Virus record (IMG/VR): IMGVR_UViG_3300037882_001257
Span: 888-64,887 of that record
Length of the DNA: 64,000 nucleotides
Direction: 5' to 3' (one strand)
Source: a virus
The notes under the pieces are model-generated. The model saw only the letters and a program-made list of their open reading frames with translations, made no database searches and was not told the DNA's origin. A program made the translations under genes and the position numbers. Positions 55,015 to 63,912 of the stretch are shown here, in pieces (within the stretch, counting starts at the first letter, position 1; the number at the start of each line of letters is the position of its first letter).

Positions 55015-55764
55015 TTATTTCTTCACGGTGACGATGGCTTCTCCCGTGTCAACCGGAGCCACCACAATCACAGCCGGTTCCTCGGCTATCACAGGGGTCA
55101 CAATTTCTTTTGGTGTTTCTGTCTGGTCAAATTCGCCTAGGGTAAACAGATAATTAAGGCGGGCTGACTTTGATATATCAGAAGGCTCAGTCCATTCGTC
55201 CGAGCGGTTTTTAATCAGGTCGAAGTTGAATAAGCTAAAGCAATAGGAAACCACGTTACTGCATACCGGATACACTATATGCTTCACGGTATCATCAGTC
55301 AGAATTCCAATAGGAATGAGATACCGAATAAAGGGCATCTTAAAGACAGCAATCCACAAGATACGCAGCCAGCCGTAAGGCAGTCCGGTCATGCGTCTCA
55401 TTTTGTTTGTAACCTTATTTGGTTCAAACGGTATGCGCTTAAAATTAACCTCGTCTGTAGTTTCGTCAAAGTTTAAATCGCTAAAGAACGGGACTGGACG
55501 ATATACGTCGATAGAACCCTTGTAATTTTCGGCATAGTAATCTAGATTGATAGCCCGTCCACCACGCCATTCTTTAAACTCAACACATTCCAGCAGCCCC
55601 TCTGGTGTATTTGGGGGACCAACCCAGGAGGCAATTCCCACATGAGAATATTGACCGACAGAAGCTCTTTTAATCAAGAACGAATAAATAGCCGTTCCTT
55701 TAAAGAGCAATACGTCACCTTCTTGAATAAGCTGCCGAGCGCGTGAGTAGTTCAGTATTGGCAT
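55015..55764 (-). CDS. Permuted papain-like amidase (YaeF/YiiX, peptidase C92-like)
   Basis: IQEGDVLLF, YSHVGIA, GLPYG and VCSNVV (His before Cys, i.e. permuted NlpC/P60). Confidence 0.8.
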   Translation of the reverse strand: MPILNYSRARQLIQEGDVLLFKGTAIYSFLIKRASVGQYSHVGIASWVGPPNTPEGLLECVEFKEWRGGRAINLDYYAENYKGSIDVYRPVPFFSDLNFDETTDEVNFKRIPFEPNKVTNKMRRMTGLPYGWLRILWIAVFKMPFIRYLIPIGILTDDTVKHIVYPVCSNVVSYCFSLFNFDLIKNRSDEWTEPSDISKSARLNYLFTLGEFDQTETPKEIVTPVIAEEPAVIVVAPVDTGEAIVTVKK

Positions 55765-56219
55765 TATTCAGACAACCCTTCTAGCTTTGCTATTCTTGCA
55801 GACAGTGCTGATATGTCTTTGTGGAGGCTACTACCTTCCATATCAAGCTTTGCTTTTAACATGCTAAGCTCTTGTGACATATAGGCATTTTGCAGTTCCA
55901 GTGTTTTGGCGGTAGTAATACTAAGAGAGTGCAGCTCACTCACAGCAGAAGAATACTCTCTCTCTGTTACTGCCCACCTGTCATTATTTTCTCTGGAAGT
56001 TTGCTCTTGTCTCTCATATCTAGCATTGTCGTTTTGGATATATTGATTTACCGGAGCCATAATCAAACTACTGTGGTACAAAACCACGCTAAGCATCAAC
56101 GCTGCTATGGTAGCCATCTGACCATAATTGGTCTTGGTCGCAGCAGCAACTCTTTCTTGAGTGTCGCGGTTTTGTTGCAAGAGGGCTTCCATGCTTTCAG
56201 TTGTAAGTTGAGTGGACAT
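55764..56219 (-). CDS. Membrane-anchored coiled-coil protein
   Basis: TM segment MATIAALMLSVVLY followed by heptad-rich helices; GGAG RBS. Confidence 0.55.
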   Translation of the reverse strand: MSTQLTTESMEALLQQNRDTQERVAAATKTNYGQMATIAALMLSVVLYHSSLIMAPVNQYIQNDNARYERQEQTSRENNDRWAVTEREYSSAVSELHSLSITTAKTLELQNAYMSQELSMLKAKLDMEGSSLHKDISALSARIAKLEGLSE

Positions 56220-56230
56220 TTTATATCTCC

Positions 56231-56266
56231 AAAAAAAAACGACGCAAGAGACTAACTCCTGCGTCG
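56231..56266 (-). terminator. Intrinsic terminator after the 273-aa gene
   Basis: CGACGCAGGAG-TTAGT-CTCTTGCGTCG followed by T9. Confidence 0.85.
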
Positions 56267-56287
56267 CTATTTGTTAAGCCTAGGTTA

Positions 56288-57109
56288 TTAAGCCACGCCG
56301 GAACGTGCTGGGTAGTTACCCTGAACTGGGACTGGCTTACCAGTCTTGTAGATGATTTCGCCAGGGACAGAAGCGGTTGGGTTGGCGGCTTCGTCAGTAC
56401 CAATGGTTTCCCAAGTGGAAATGTCGTTAGCCAGAGTTGGCGCAGTAGACCAAGTGCCGTCGTAGATGGAATAGTAACCAGCTCTAATAGCGGTTGCTAC
56501 TCTACGAGTGCGAACACTTTCTACCTGATGGATGCTTCTGCGGTTTCCAAAGTTAGAAGCACCGGTCAGCAACACGGTGTTAGCAACGCCAGCGAGACTT
56601 GTGGTAACTCTGCGTATCACGTAAGAGCCGGCTGTCAACGTCGCAAAGTTACCGGAAGCGGGATAATAGGTCACAGTACCAGCACCAGAAGTATAAGCCT
56701 TGGTGGTGGTGAAAGTATTAGTATCCTTTGCGGTAATTCTTTGAGTACCGTTAACCTTAGAGTTGGTGTCTGTTACATTAACCACAGCACCGACAAGCAA
56801 ACCGTGAGAGTTCTTGGTGTATACGGCAAAGCCAGAAGCGGCAGCCACAGACACACCAGCGGATACGTTAGTACCCCACTGAGCAGAACCAATGTCATTA
56901 CCTGTGACAACTTGGGAGGCAAAGACACCTAGATTAGGTGTACCAGCGGCGACCTTACCCATGTTGGCGCTAGTGGTAGCAGAAGAACCACCCAAAGCAG
57001 TAGCGCGGCCATTGTTTACGGCTGGCTGAGAAGCAGCACCTACAGCAGCACCCGCGACTGTGAAATAGTCGTTACCAGCAGCAGGATTTACAACAAGATA
57101 TTGACCCAT
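56288..57109 (-). CDS. Putative virion structural/decoration protein
   Basis: Ala/Gly/Thr-rich. Beta-barrel motif HGLLVGAVVNVTDTNSKVNGTQRITAKDTNTFT is common in phage fibre/decoration proteins. Bracketed by its own promoter-like motif and terminator. Confidence 0.5.
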   Translation of the reverse strand: MGQYLVVNPAAGNDYFTVAGAAVGAASQPAVNNGRATALGGSSATTSANMGKVAAGTPNLGVFASQVVTGNDIGSAQWGTNVSAGVSVAAASGFAVYTKNSHGLLVGAVVNVTDTNSKVNGTQRITAKDTNTFTTTKAYTSGAGTVTYYPASGNFATLTAGSYVIRRVTTSLAGVANTVLLTGASNFGNRRSIHQVESVRTRRVATAIRAGYYSIYDGTWSTAPTLANDISTWETIGTDEAANPTASVPGEIIYKTGKPVPVQGNYPARSGVA

Positions 57110-57162
57110 TTATAGTGTTCCATTATAAGGTGTGTTTGAGACAGCAAGCCACTGCTCATACT

Positions 57163-57819
57163 CTATAATACACCAAGTACAGTTTCGGCACTAAAAACGG
57201 AGTCAGCAAAGCCGTAGTAGATGGCTTCCTCTGCGGTCAACCACCAATCGCTCTTTTCCTTGATTTTGGCGTCTAAGAACTGGCGAGCAGCCCTTTCATT
57301 CTTGAATAGGTTAGTTTTCATGGTGGAAGCCACATAAATATCCAACATTCTTTCCCTACATTTAATGGCATATTCACCATATGACATAGCTTCGGTATGT
57401 GTACCGAACATACTTTCATAACCGTAGTGGATTAGAAAGGACGTGTGAGGCATAAGAATGCGATTATCAGCGGCCTGCATGATAATGGTTGCCATAGAAC
57501 CAATCAATCCATAGCCCAACATAGTAACTGGCACCGGACAGGTGGCAATAGCATCGTAAATGCCCATACCATCATAATAGCTGCCGCCCACGCTATTGAA
57601 ATGGATTGTGATTGGCTGAGTATTAGACAAACCCAACAAAACCCGCAACCCCTTCATAAAGGTGTCGGCCTGCCTATAGTCAATGGCAGGGTCTTCGTCG
57701 GCGTAGTGACTGTGTAGAAAAATCTCTCTAGTGTCGATTGAGACACTGTTTTGAAAGACTTCGTCAAGCAACAGGCTTTTTTGATTGCGGGTTATTCGCT
57801 TCGACATTCCACCAACCAA
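57163..57819 (-). CDS. clpP: ClpP-family serine protease
   Basis: FNSVGGSYYDGMGIYDAI, GSMAT (Ser), FLIH (His), SDWWLTAEEAIYYGFAD (Asp). Confidence 0.9.
   Translation of the reverse strand: MVGGMSKRITRNQKSLLLDEVFQNSVSIDTREIFLHSHYADEDPAIDYRQADTFMKGLRVLLGLSNTQPITIHFNSVGGSYYDGMGIYDAIATCPVPVTMLGYGLIGSMATIIMQAADNRILMPHTSFLIHYGYESMFGTHTEAMSYGEYAIKCRERMLDIYVASTMKTNLFKNERAARQFLDAKIKEKSDWWLTAEEAIYYGFADSVFSAETVLGVL
57164..57174 (-). promoter_or_regulatory. GGTGTATTATA putative phage promoter motif
   Basis: Identical 11-mer about 55 nt upstream of the 273-aa gene, overlapping the clpP stop. Confidence 0.5.
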
Positions 57820-58301
57820 GGTGCTTTTTCTAGTAGGCTCTTATCGGCTAGAATTTGCCCGATAAATCTCTTAGGGGGTTTCGTATCAATAATCTTCAAT
57901 TCCCCAAAATAGTCATTGACATTTTGAGAAATCAGATTCATAGTCTGTCCGGGTTGATAGAGCGTTGCTACAGCGACCCTCATTCGATATGGGGAAATTA
58001 CCTCGAAAGACTCAACTCCGTCTGTTTCACCTATAATGCGACAGATAGGATTGTTGAGCTTGAAGTTCGTTTGACCAATCCAAAAATTCATCAACTCCTC
58101 GATTGCTCTTGGAGTCATTAAGGTGACAGCGCCCATTGGGCTTACCAGTACCTTTTGGCCGGTTTGCTTCTTGTGGGCGTGTTCTTCAAAGGAGTCTTTG
58201 TATGGTTTATCCTCTTGTTCTTCGTCGTCCTCTTCATAATTGGTATAGTCGTTATCCCAAGGATTGTACCACTTACTCCAGGAAATAGTCTTTGCGGTCA
58301 T
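57792..58301 (-). CDS. Hypothetical protein
   Basis: 169 aa with an acidic N-terminus; overlaps clpP. Confidence 0.5.
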   Translation of the reverse strand: MTAKTISWSKWYNPWDNDYTNYEEDDEEQEDKPYKDSFEEHAHKKQTGQKVLVSPMGAVTLMTPRAIEELMNFWIGQTNFKLNNPICRIIGETDGVESFEVISPYRMRVAVATLYQPGQTMNLISQNVNDYFGELKIIDTKPPKRFIGQILADKSLLEKAPWLVECRSE

Positions 58302-58313
58302 ATGTACTCTCCA

Positions 58314-59237
58314 TTAGACAGAGATAGGGAACTGTATCTTTTCGTGATGCTGATAGTTCGTGATGTTTATTTGGTGGCTCTGCCACTCGTAAATACTAAA
58401 GGGTTTGTTAGGAGGATGAACAATTTCAAGTTCTGGTAAGGCTTTTGGCTCTCTTGTTAGTTGGAGCTTAGCCCCTTCAACATGGTCCTCGTATATGTGG
58501 CAGTCACAAAGTGTGCCACTTAAGTTTCCTGGCGTAAGCCCCGATTCTTCACATAGTAAGAGTAATAATGTTGCATAGCTTGCTATATTAAAAGGCACAC
58601 CTAACATCAGGTCACAAGAGCGCTGCGTCCAGTGTAGGCTTAATGTTCCTTGAATATGAGTCAATATCCACATCAAGTGGCACGGAGGCAAGGCCATCCT
58701 ACTAAATTGTCTTGGATTCCACGCACTCACCACCATTCGGCGGTCGTCAGGATTGGTTTTCAGAGTGTCTACGACATTCTTGAACTGGTCTATACCTTTG
58801 ACTGCGCCATCGTCATCTTCGTCGTAAGCCTCATCAAACCTACGCCATTGGTAGCCGTAGATTGGTCCTAAGTCATCGCAAAGTTTTTGCATTAATTTTC
58901 TATCTGGCTCTACCGGTGGCTCAATAGGCCATTCACAAACAGGATTCAGAAGGTAGTATATATCCTGGTCTATAGACCGTGGATTCGCCCAGTCATCCCA
59001 TATGTGACATTTGCGCTCCTTATACCAATTCTTATTGGTAATCCCCTTGATAAACCCCTCTAACTCGACAAGCATGGCATTGACCGCCATTTTCTTAGTC
59101 GTCAACAGAGGAAAACCATCCTTCATATCATGCGAGAAGAATTGATTTGCAACCGTTAAGGCCCTAGTCCCTGTCCTGTTGTTTTTCCATCTTCCCTTGC
59201 CTAAAACTGCCTCTACAATATCCAAGTAAGCCTTCAA
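58314..59237 (-). CDS. thyA: Thymidylate synthase (ThyA, dUMP-type Asn retained)
   Basis: NRTGT, FPLLTTKK, LGPIYGYQWR, RRMVVSAWNP, ALPPCH, QRSCDLMLGVPFNIASY and DCHIYEDH. Confidence 0.96.
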   Translation of the reverse strand: MKAYLDIVEAVLGKGRWKNNRTGTRALTVANQFFSHDMKDGFPLLTTKKMAVNAMLVELEGFIKGITNKNWYKERKCHIWDDWANPRSIDQDIYYLLNPVCEWPIEPPVEPDRKLMQKLCDDLGPIYGYQWRRFDEAYDEDDDGAVKGIDQFKNVVDTLKTNPDDRRMVVSAWNPRQFSRMALPPCHLMWILTHIQGTLSLHWTQRSCDLMLGVPFNIASYATLLLLLCEESGLTPGNLSGTLCDCHIYEDHVEGAKLQLTREPKALPELEIVHPPNKPFSIYEWQSHQINITNYQHHEKIQFPISV

Positions 59238-59254
59238 AAGTCCTCTCCTATGGT

Positions 59255-59716
59255 TTATTGTTGGTTGGCTTGTGATTCGTACAACATCTTACGAAGCGTT
59301 AGATGAGACGGAACAGCCGCTACATCAGCCTCTTCTTCGGACGCTTCATCCCACGCCGACAATATGTGTTTAATAGCAGCCTGCTTGTTGGGGAACTGAT
59401 TGCCGTGATTCATTAGGATGTTGAAAATACTCTCGACGTACACACCATGTGTAACATCGTTAATCATGGAGCCAAGCCCCTCCAAGACTTGCTCAGAAGC
59501 CCGACTTTCATCCCAATCAATCAAAATACGTGGCCGCCCATCATCATCGGCAAAAAACTTAAGGCAGTACAAATCCTTTTTCTTCGGTTGTTGTGACTGG
59601 GCGCGCGCCTGCATTCTCTGTTCAAGCTTAAACTCTTGAATTCGTTCCTCTTGTTCAGCCTCTATTTCATCAGCACTAGGTATGCTGATTCCTCTAAACA
59701 GATTACACCAATGCAT
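59255..59716 (-). CDS. Hypothetical protein
   Basis: 153 aa, in operon. Confidence 0.5.
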   Translation of the reverse strand: MHWCNLFRGISIPSADEIEAEQEERIQEFKLEQRMQARAQSQQPKKKDLYCLKFFADDDGRPRILIDWDESRASEQVLEGLGSMINDVTHGVYVESIFNILMNHGNQFPNKQAAIKHILSAWDEASEEEADVAAVPSHLTLRKMLYESQANQQ

Positions 59717-60193
59717 TTAAATCTCCTGTTGCTGTGCTAGTTTGTTTACGACTTCTATTGTCATTTCCTGGAATATGGCCGCCAAAAGTACGTCCGCTTT
59801 ATACAGGTATAAAGTTGCATTATCATCGCCACCGGCAGCTATGATTCTATCTGGTGGATTCTTCTCAATGTACTCACGTAATGATTTAGTTAAAGTAATG
59901 TAACACCTATCAGTATTGTGAACCCAAAATAGCGCTTCTGTGGCCCCTAATCCGCTCGGCTTACAACTCTTAGGATTAAACACTTCGATAGCGATATTGC
60001 CGCTTTTATTGGCATAAATATCGTTCTTAACCTCAAATGTGAGTGGCTCTTCTATATCAGGGTGTTCCGCTAGAATATCATACTCTTTTTCCTTACAGAT
60101 AGTCACACTGAAACCGCACTCAGTTAGAAGCTTAGACACTTGTTGCTCTATAGCTTTGCCCAGGGCTAAATCACGCACAAATGTTTTTCTCAC
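59717..60193 (-). CDS. PD-(D/E)xK nuclease-like protein
   Basis: GKAIE...EYDIL...TFEVKND...SGNIAIE...GLGATEA. Confidence 0.65.
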   Translation of the reverse strand: MRKTFVRDLALGKAIEQQVSKLLTECGFSVTICKEKEYDILAEHPDIEEPLTFEVKNDIYANKSGNIAIEVFNPKSCKPSGLGATEALFWVHNTDRCYITLTKSLREYIEKNPPDRIIAAGGDDNATLYLYKADVLLAAIFQEMTIEVVNKLAQQQEI

Positions 60194-60800
60194 GAGCTAG
60201 TTCCCTAAGTTTGTTGATGCCATTCTTGATAGAAATCCTAACAGCCTCTTTCGTGGCACCGGTTTCATTGGCTATTACCTGCAAGGTTTTTCCCTGAATA
60301 TAATACTCCATAATAAAGTGGTGCTGCTTATTGGTTATCACATCCGAGTCCATAAGCGACTTTAGTTCCTCCATGCGTTCGGCATACTGCATGGATTCAC
60401 TCGCATCTGGCTCTAACGAGGCCATTTCCGGTAGAATATCGCCCAGGATGTTGCCAAATTCTAGTTCGTGGCTAAGGGATACCTTTTTCTTGTTGTATGC
60501 TGCCTTAGAACGGTTTAGATAGTGCTGTATTCGCCACTTAATAGCCTGCTTGCGAAAGCCCTCTTTCTTACCCCTACCATCAAACTGCCAATCTGCCATC
60601 ATAAGCTCGGTAGCAAGATTAGACACAATATCTTCACTTTGCATAAGCCTATGGATGGTTTTAGCCCCGAAGATATGGGCCAGAGAATAGGCTATCTTTT
60701 TAGTGATTACCAAGTAGTCTGATAAGGACTCACAAACTTGGTCATTATGAAGCGTCTTACTCTTGTCGGGGATGTGCAGATTTACAATGTCCACCGTCAT
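60171..60800 (-). CDS. Second sigma-70-like factor (divergent region 2, clear region 4 HTH)
   Basis: ELMMADWQFDG...FRKQAIKWRI; ITNKQHHFIMEYYIQGKTLQVIANETGATKEAVR. Confidence 0.7.
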   Translation of the reverse strand: MTVDIVNLHIPDKSKTLHNDQVCESLSDYLVITKKIAYSLAHIFGAKTIHRLMQSEDIVSNLATELMMADWQFDGRGKKEGFRKQAIKWRIQHYLNRSKAAYNKKKVSLSHELEFGNILGDILPEMASLEPDASESMQYAERMEELKSLMDSDVITNKQHHFIMEYYIQGKTLQVIANETGATKEAVRISIKNGINKLRELAREKNICA

Positions 60801-60840
60801 TTGGTTGTCTCCTAAAGGAAAATTTCTTCACTTTTCCCCA

Positions 60841-61911
60841 TTATACACTCAAATTTTGCAGATACAAGAGGAGCTTGCTGGCAATTTTCCCCCAGGTGAG
60901 CTGTTCGGCGGTTTCGACACCTGCGGTGTTTGCTGGCCTGTTCTTATAGCAATATCTCATGTGTTCTATCAATTGTTCTTCCTCTTCGTAGTCGAGAGTC
61001 ATCCAACTGCCCACACCGCTCTTGAAAAACGCCCCATCTTGCGCAATTTCCAGGCCATTTTGCGGCTCGATAAGATAGGCGTTTTCTTTGGTGCAATACT
61101 CTGTATGAGCAGAATAATTTGTGGTAATAACAGGCTTACCACAGGCCATAGACTCCAAGAGTTCCATATTCCAGCCCTCGGCCCGCGCTGGAAAAACCCC
61201 GCAATCTGCCTCTTGTATAAACGCCGCTATGTCTCGGTGGGAACTAAGTGGACCAATAAACTCAATCTTACTAGCAAGCTTTAACTGTCTGTACTGGTTT
61301 ATCCACTTGAAGTTACCATCTTGCCCGATGAAGACATTGTAGTTAGCCATTCTAAGCTTAACTTTATCCTTCATAGTAAACGCCTTATCAAAGCATCTAC
61401 CTATAATGTCGTGACCCTTGCGCTTCTCCCACTTCCCTGTGTTGAAGAACACATACTCACCGGCCTTGTTTTCTTGTAACGCAGGACAGAAAATGGTAGT
61501 GTCCACACCAAGCGGAAAGGTGCTGGCAAAACGCTGGGTATCCTTGTTTACTACAGTCTGTGCCCATTTAGAGCAAACTATCAACTCATCGGGGGCCGTT
61601 AGGTGTATCTTTTCGACTGCGTTAAATTCATCTAGCTCGAAGATGGGCCAGCCAATATAAGGGCCTTTACCAACGTGTTCCAAGAGGTCATGCTGATGCC
61701 AGATTTTAAGGAAGGGGGCATTTAGATTACACGAGGTAATTCTATCTACCATCGGCTGAAAGCATGTAAGCTCTTCTGGTCTATTGACACCGAGCGGACC
61801 CTTTGGAATCAACGTAATTTCTACGCCGAGCTTATCCAGTTCGGTTGTGATGTACTTAGTTGCTATACCATAGCCGGTATTGCTGATACTACCGTTGATA
61901 ATTAGATGCAT
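60841..61911 (-). CDS. GT4 glycosyltransferase (paralog of 30719..31870)
   Basis: TGYGIAT, APDELIVCSKW, EKRKGHD and ADCGVFPARAEGWNMELLESMACGKPVITTNYS. Start taken as MHLIING. Confidence 0.88.
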   Translation of the reverse strand: MHLIINGSISNTGYGIATKYITTELDKLGVEITLIPKGPLGVNRPEELTCFQPMVDRITSCNLNAPFLKIWHQHDLLEHVGKGPYIGWPIFELDEFNAVEKIHLTAPDELIVCSKWAQTVVNKDTQRFASTFPLGVDTTIFCPALQENKAGEYVFFNTGKWEKRKGHDIIGRCFDKAFTMKDKVKLRMANYNVFIGQDGNFKWINQYRQLKLASKIEFIGPLSSHRDIAAFIQEADCGVFPARAEGWNMELLESMACGKPVITTNYSAHTEYCTKENAYLIEPQNGLEIAQDGAFFKSGVGSWMTLDYEEEEQLIEHMRYCYKNRPANTAGVETAEQLTWGKIASKLLLYLQNLSV

Positions 61912-62077
61912 AATATGCCCTGGTAAAACAATAGCCAATAAACCAAGCGGAAAATAACAATATTGACCCTAAAAGAAAATGGGCATAATTAGGTATGATA
62001 TATGATGTAAACCATAATAAAATACCAACACCAACACTAACCAATCCGCCGATTACTGCTTTTATATGGTCGCTCAT
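61889..62077 (-). CDS. Small two-TM membrane protein
   Basis: 62 aa with two hydrophobic helices. Confidence 0.55.
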   Translation of the reverse strand: MSDHIKAVIGGLVSVGVGILLWFTSYIIPNYAHFLLGSILLFSAWFIGYCFTRAYYASNYQR

Positions 62078-62080
62078 TCG

Positions 62081-62386
62081 TTAATCCTGGCTCTCCGGTG
62101 GCGGAAACGCAGGTATCACTTCCTCAAGTTGATTGAACTGGTCCCTTAGAATGTCTGTTCGTCTCAAGGCTTCTCTTAACCCGTTGTTATTGTTGAGGCA
62201 CTGAGCTTCTATGTTCGCCAAAAATTTTTGATTTTCATCTACAGATTTTTGCAGAGCAAACACTTCCTTCTGGAATTCCTTGACTGTGGCATTATCGTTA
62301 CCGAATTTGCGTTCGACCTCACGGTAGCTCAGTAATCCAAGGGCTACCGTTTCAAAAATGATTACCAGTGTAAGAAATAGTTTCAT
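62081..62386 (-). CDS. Signal-anchored coiled-coil protein
   Basis: MKLFLTLVIIFETVALGLL followed by heptad repeats. Confidence 0.55.
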   Translation of the reverse strand: MKLFLTLVIIFETVALGLLSYREVERKFGNDNATVKEFQKEVFALQKSVDENQKFLANIEAQCLNNNNGLREALRRTDILRDQFNQLEEVIPAFPPPESQD

Positions 62387-62751
62387 TGATTTACTCCCTT
62401 TTGTCTTTCAGACTCAGCTAAAACTTGTTCGTAGGTACGGATACCCTTACCCCACAGACTCTCATTATCGTCCTCTTGGGCCTCAATCATCAAATCTAAG
62501 TCAGACTGTGATAGCTCTGGCTCTAAGGATTCAATCCGCTTTATGGCATTCTTTATGTCGTCCACTGGGGGATTACTCACAAGTATGCGCTGATGTAGAG
62601 ACACCCACTTCTTAAGCGCGTATGCATGGAAGTGCCGGTCGTCAACATCGGAGCGCTCAGTCAAACCCGCCAACTTCTTAATGTAGTACCTACAGTTAAT
62701 AGATACATACGAATCTGCCGTTTCAATATCTTCAATCTCATCTGGATTCAC
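62383..62751 (-). CDS. Hypothetical acidic protein
   Basis: 122 aa; overlaps both neighbours. Confidence 0.5.
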   Translation of the reverse strand: MNPDEIEDIETADSYVSINCRYYIKKLAGLTERSDVDDRHFHAYALKKWVSLHQRILVSNPPVDDIKNAIKRIESLEPELSQSDLDLMIEAQEDDNESLWGKGIRTYEQVLAESERQKGVNQ

Positions 62752-63236
62752 TTGTGTAACCCTCCTAATTCAAAAGTGGCGGTTAAGTAATTAACTACCT
62801 TCTCGTATATCCCCTTAGACGTTTGCTCTGAATTACCCGCCACGTTAAGCGTTTTGATATGCTTATCTACCAACCACTTAAGTAAATCACCGGGATTGAC
62901 CTCTAAGTTTAAGTCTACATCAAAATGTGGTCTGCCATGAGCATTGATAGCATTTAGTGTGCATCTTTCACCAGGGGAATACTGCTTTGTGAAGAAGCGA
63001 ACAGTTCCATCAGAAATAAAGACATTATCCCAGGTTCGCTCTTGATAGCCTTGACTACTATGCTCTTGTAAATTGTATAGCTTAGCAAGGTCTGGTCTGA
63101 ACCCGCTCAAAGTGCGAAAGTATTTTGGCATGTAGCCACCGGTTTTTAAACCAAAGCTTTTAGCTACGAAAAGACCAGCGCAATCACTCCCGGTCTGCCC
63201 ACCGCTCACTATCTTACTAAGAACCAGCTTTTGCAT
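62748..63236 (-). CDS. SLOG-superfamily protein (cpYpsA/'putative molybdenum carrier' type)
   Basis: KIVSGGQTGSDCAGL, TGGYMPK, RTWDNV..SDGT and TLNVAGNS. Confidence 0.8.
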   Translation of the reverse strand: MQKLVLSKIVSGGQTGSDCAGLFVAKSFGLKTGGYMPKYFRTLSGFRPDLAKLYNLQEHSSQGYQERTWDNVFISDGTVRFFTKQYSPGERCTLNAINAHGRPHFDVDLNLEVNPGDLLKWLVDKHIKTLNVAGNSEQTSKGIYEKVVNYLTATFELGGLHK

Positions 63237-63912
63237 GGTCTGCCACCCTTATACAATACTCTATAAATAGTGATTGTGTGTATGCTTGTTTCATCATATT
63301 AATATGCTTATGTACCCACTGCACATTACCAGCAATATAACCAAGTTTACTGTCAATTCTATCAAGCGAGGCGGTTTGCTTATACCTATTATTAGAATTG
63401 TACGAAGTAAAATGTATATCTAAACCAGATAAAGCGCATTGCTTGTGTTGAGCTATATATAAATTCCAGGCATACTCTATCGTAATATCAAAAAGCCTAC
63501 CAGCCTTACTTGCTGTGCCTTGCAGTCTTTGCCAATACTTACCGCTTATCTCTTCGTATCCATGATACTTAATCATTTCTTTCAGCCTGCACCCACACGA
63601 TTTTATCTTTTTACCATTCAGGTGCTTACCATTGATAACTTTTTTTTGGCCGCACTTTAAGCATAGACAGTTCCAGTACCTTATCTTCCCTGTCTTATCA
63701 ACCTTATCCGTAATACTTTCGACGAATAAACTGTGAATAGTCTGGCCGGTAAGGTCAATGAAATTGTGGGCGTGCCTCTTGACCTTCTTAATTCCATACT
63801 TTTTACAAAGTTTAAAGATATTACTTTGCGTGCATCCTAAAAGCTCTCCTATTTGCCTTTGAGAGTTCTGAGATAGCATAAACTCTAATTCTTCTTTGGT
63901 CACTTTAATCAT
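63217..63912 (-). CDS. HTH plus HNH-like protein (homing-endonuclease-like)
   Basis: FIDLTGQ, WNCLCLKCG, SCGC, CALSG, SLDRIDSKLGYIAGNVQWVHKHINMMK. Confidence 0.75.
   Translation of the reverse strand: MIKVTKEELEFMLSQNSQRQIGELLGCTQSNIFKLCKKYGIKKVKRHAHNFIDLTGQTIHSLFVESITDKVDKTGKIRYWNCLCLKCGQKKVINGKHLNGKKIKSCGCRLKEMIKYHGYEEISGKYWQRLQGTASKAGRLFDITIEYAWNLYIAQHKQCALSGLDIHFTSYNSNNRYKQTASLDRIDSKLGYIAGNVQWVHKHINMMKQAYTQSLFIEYCIRVADHAKAGS

Noticed and set aside
58314-59237. ThyA as a dCMP hydroxymethylase supplying an acceptor for the GT cluster
   Set aside because: It retains the dUMP-specifying Asn (PFNIASY) and all canonical ThyA motifs.
997-61660. Numerous antisense and nested ORFs in the track (e.g. 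1219..1704, 9066..9722, 34607..35023, 60763..61284)
   Set aside because: They lie opposite or inside well-supported genes and show no recognisable motifs or RBS; they are best explained as shadow ORFs.
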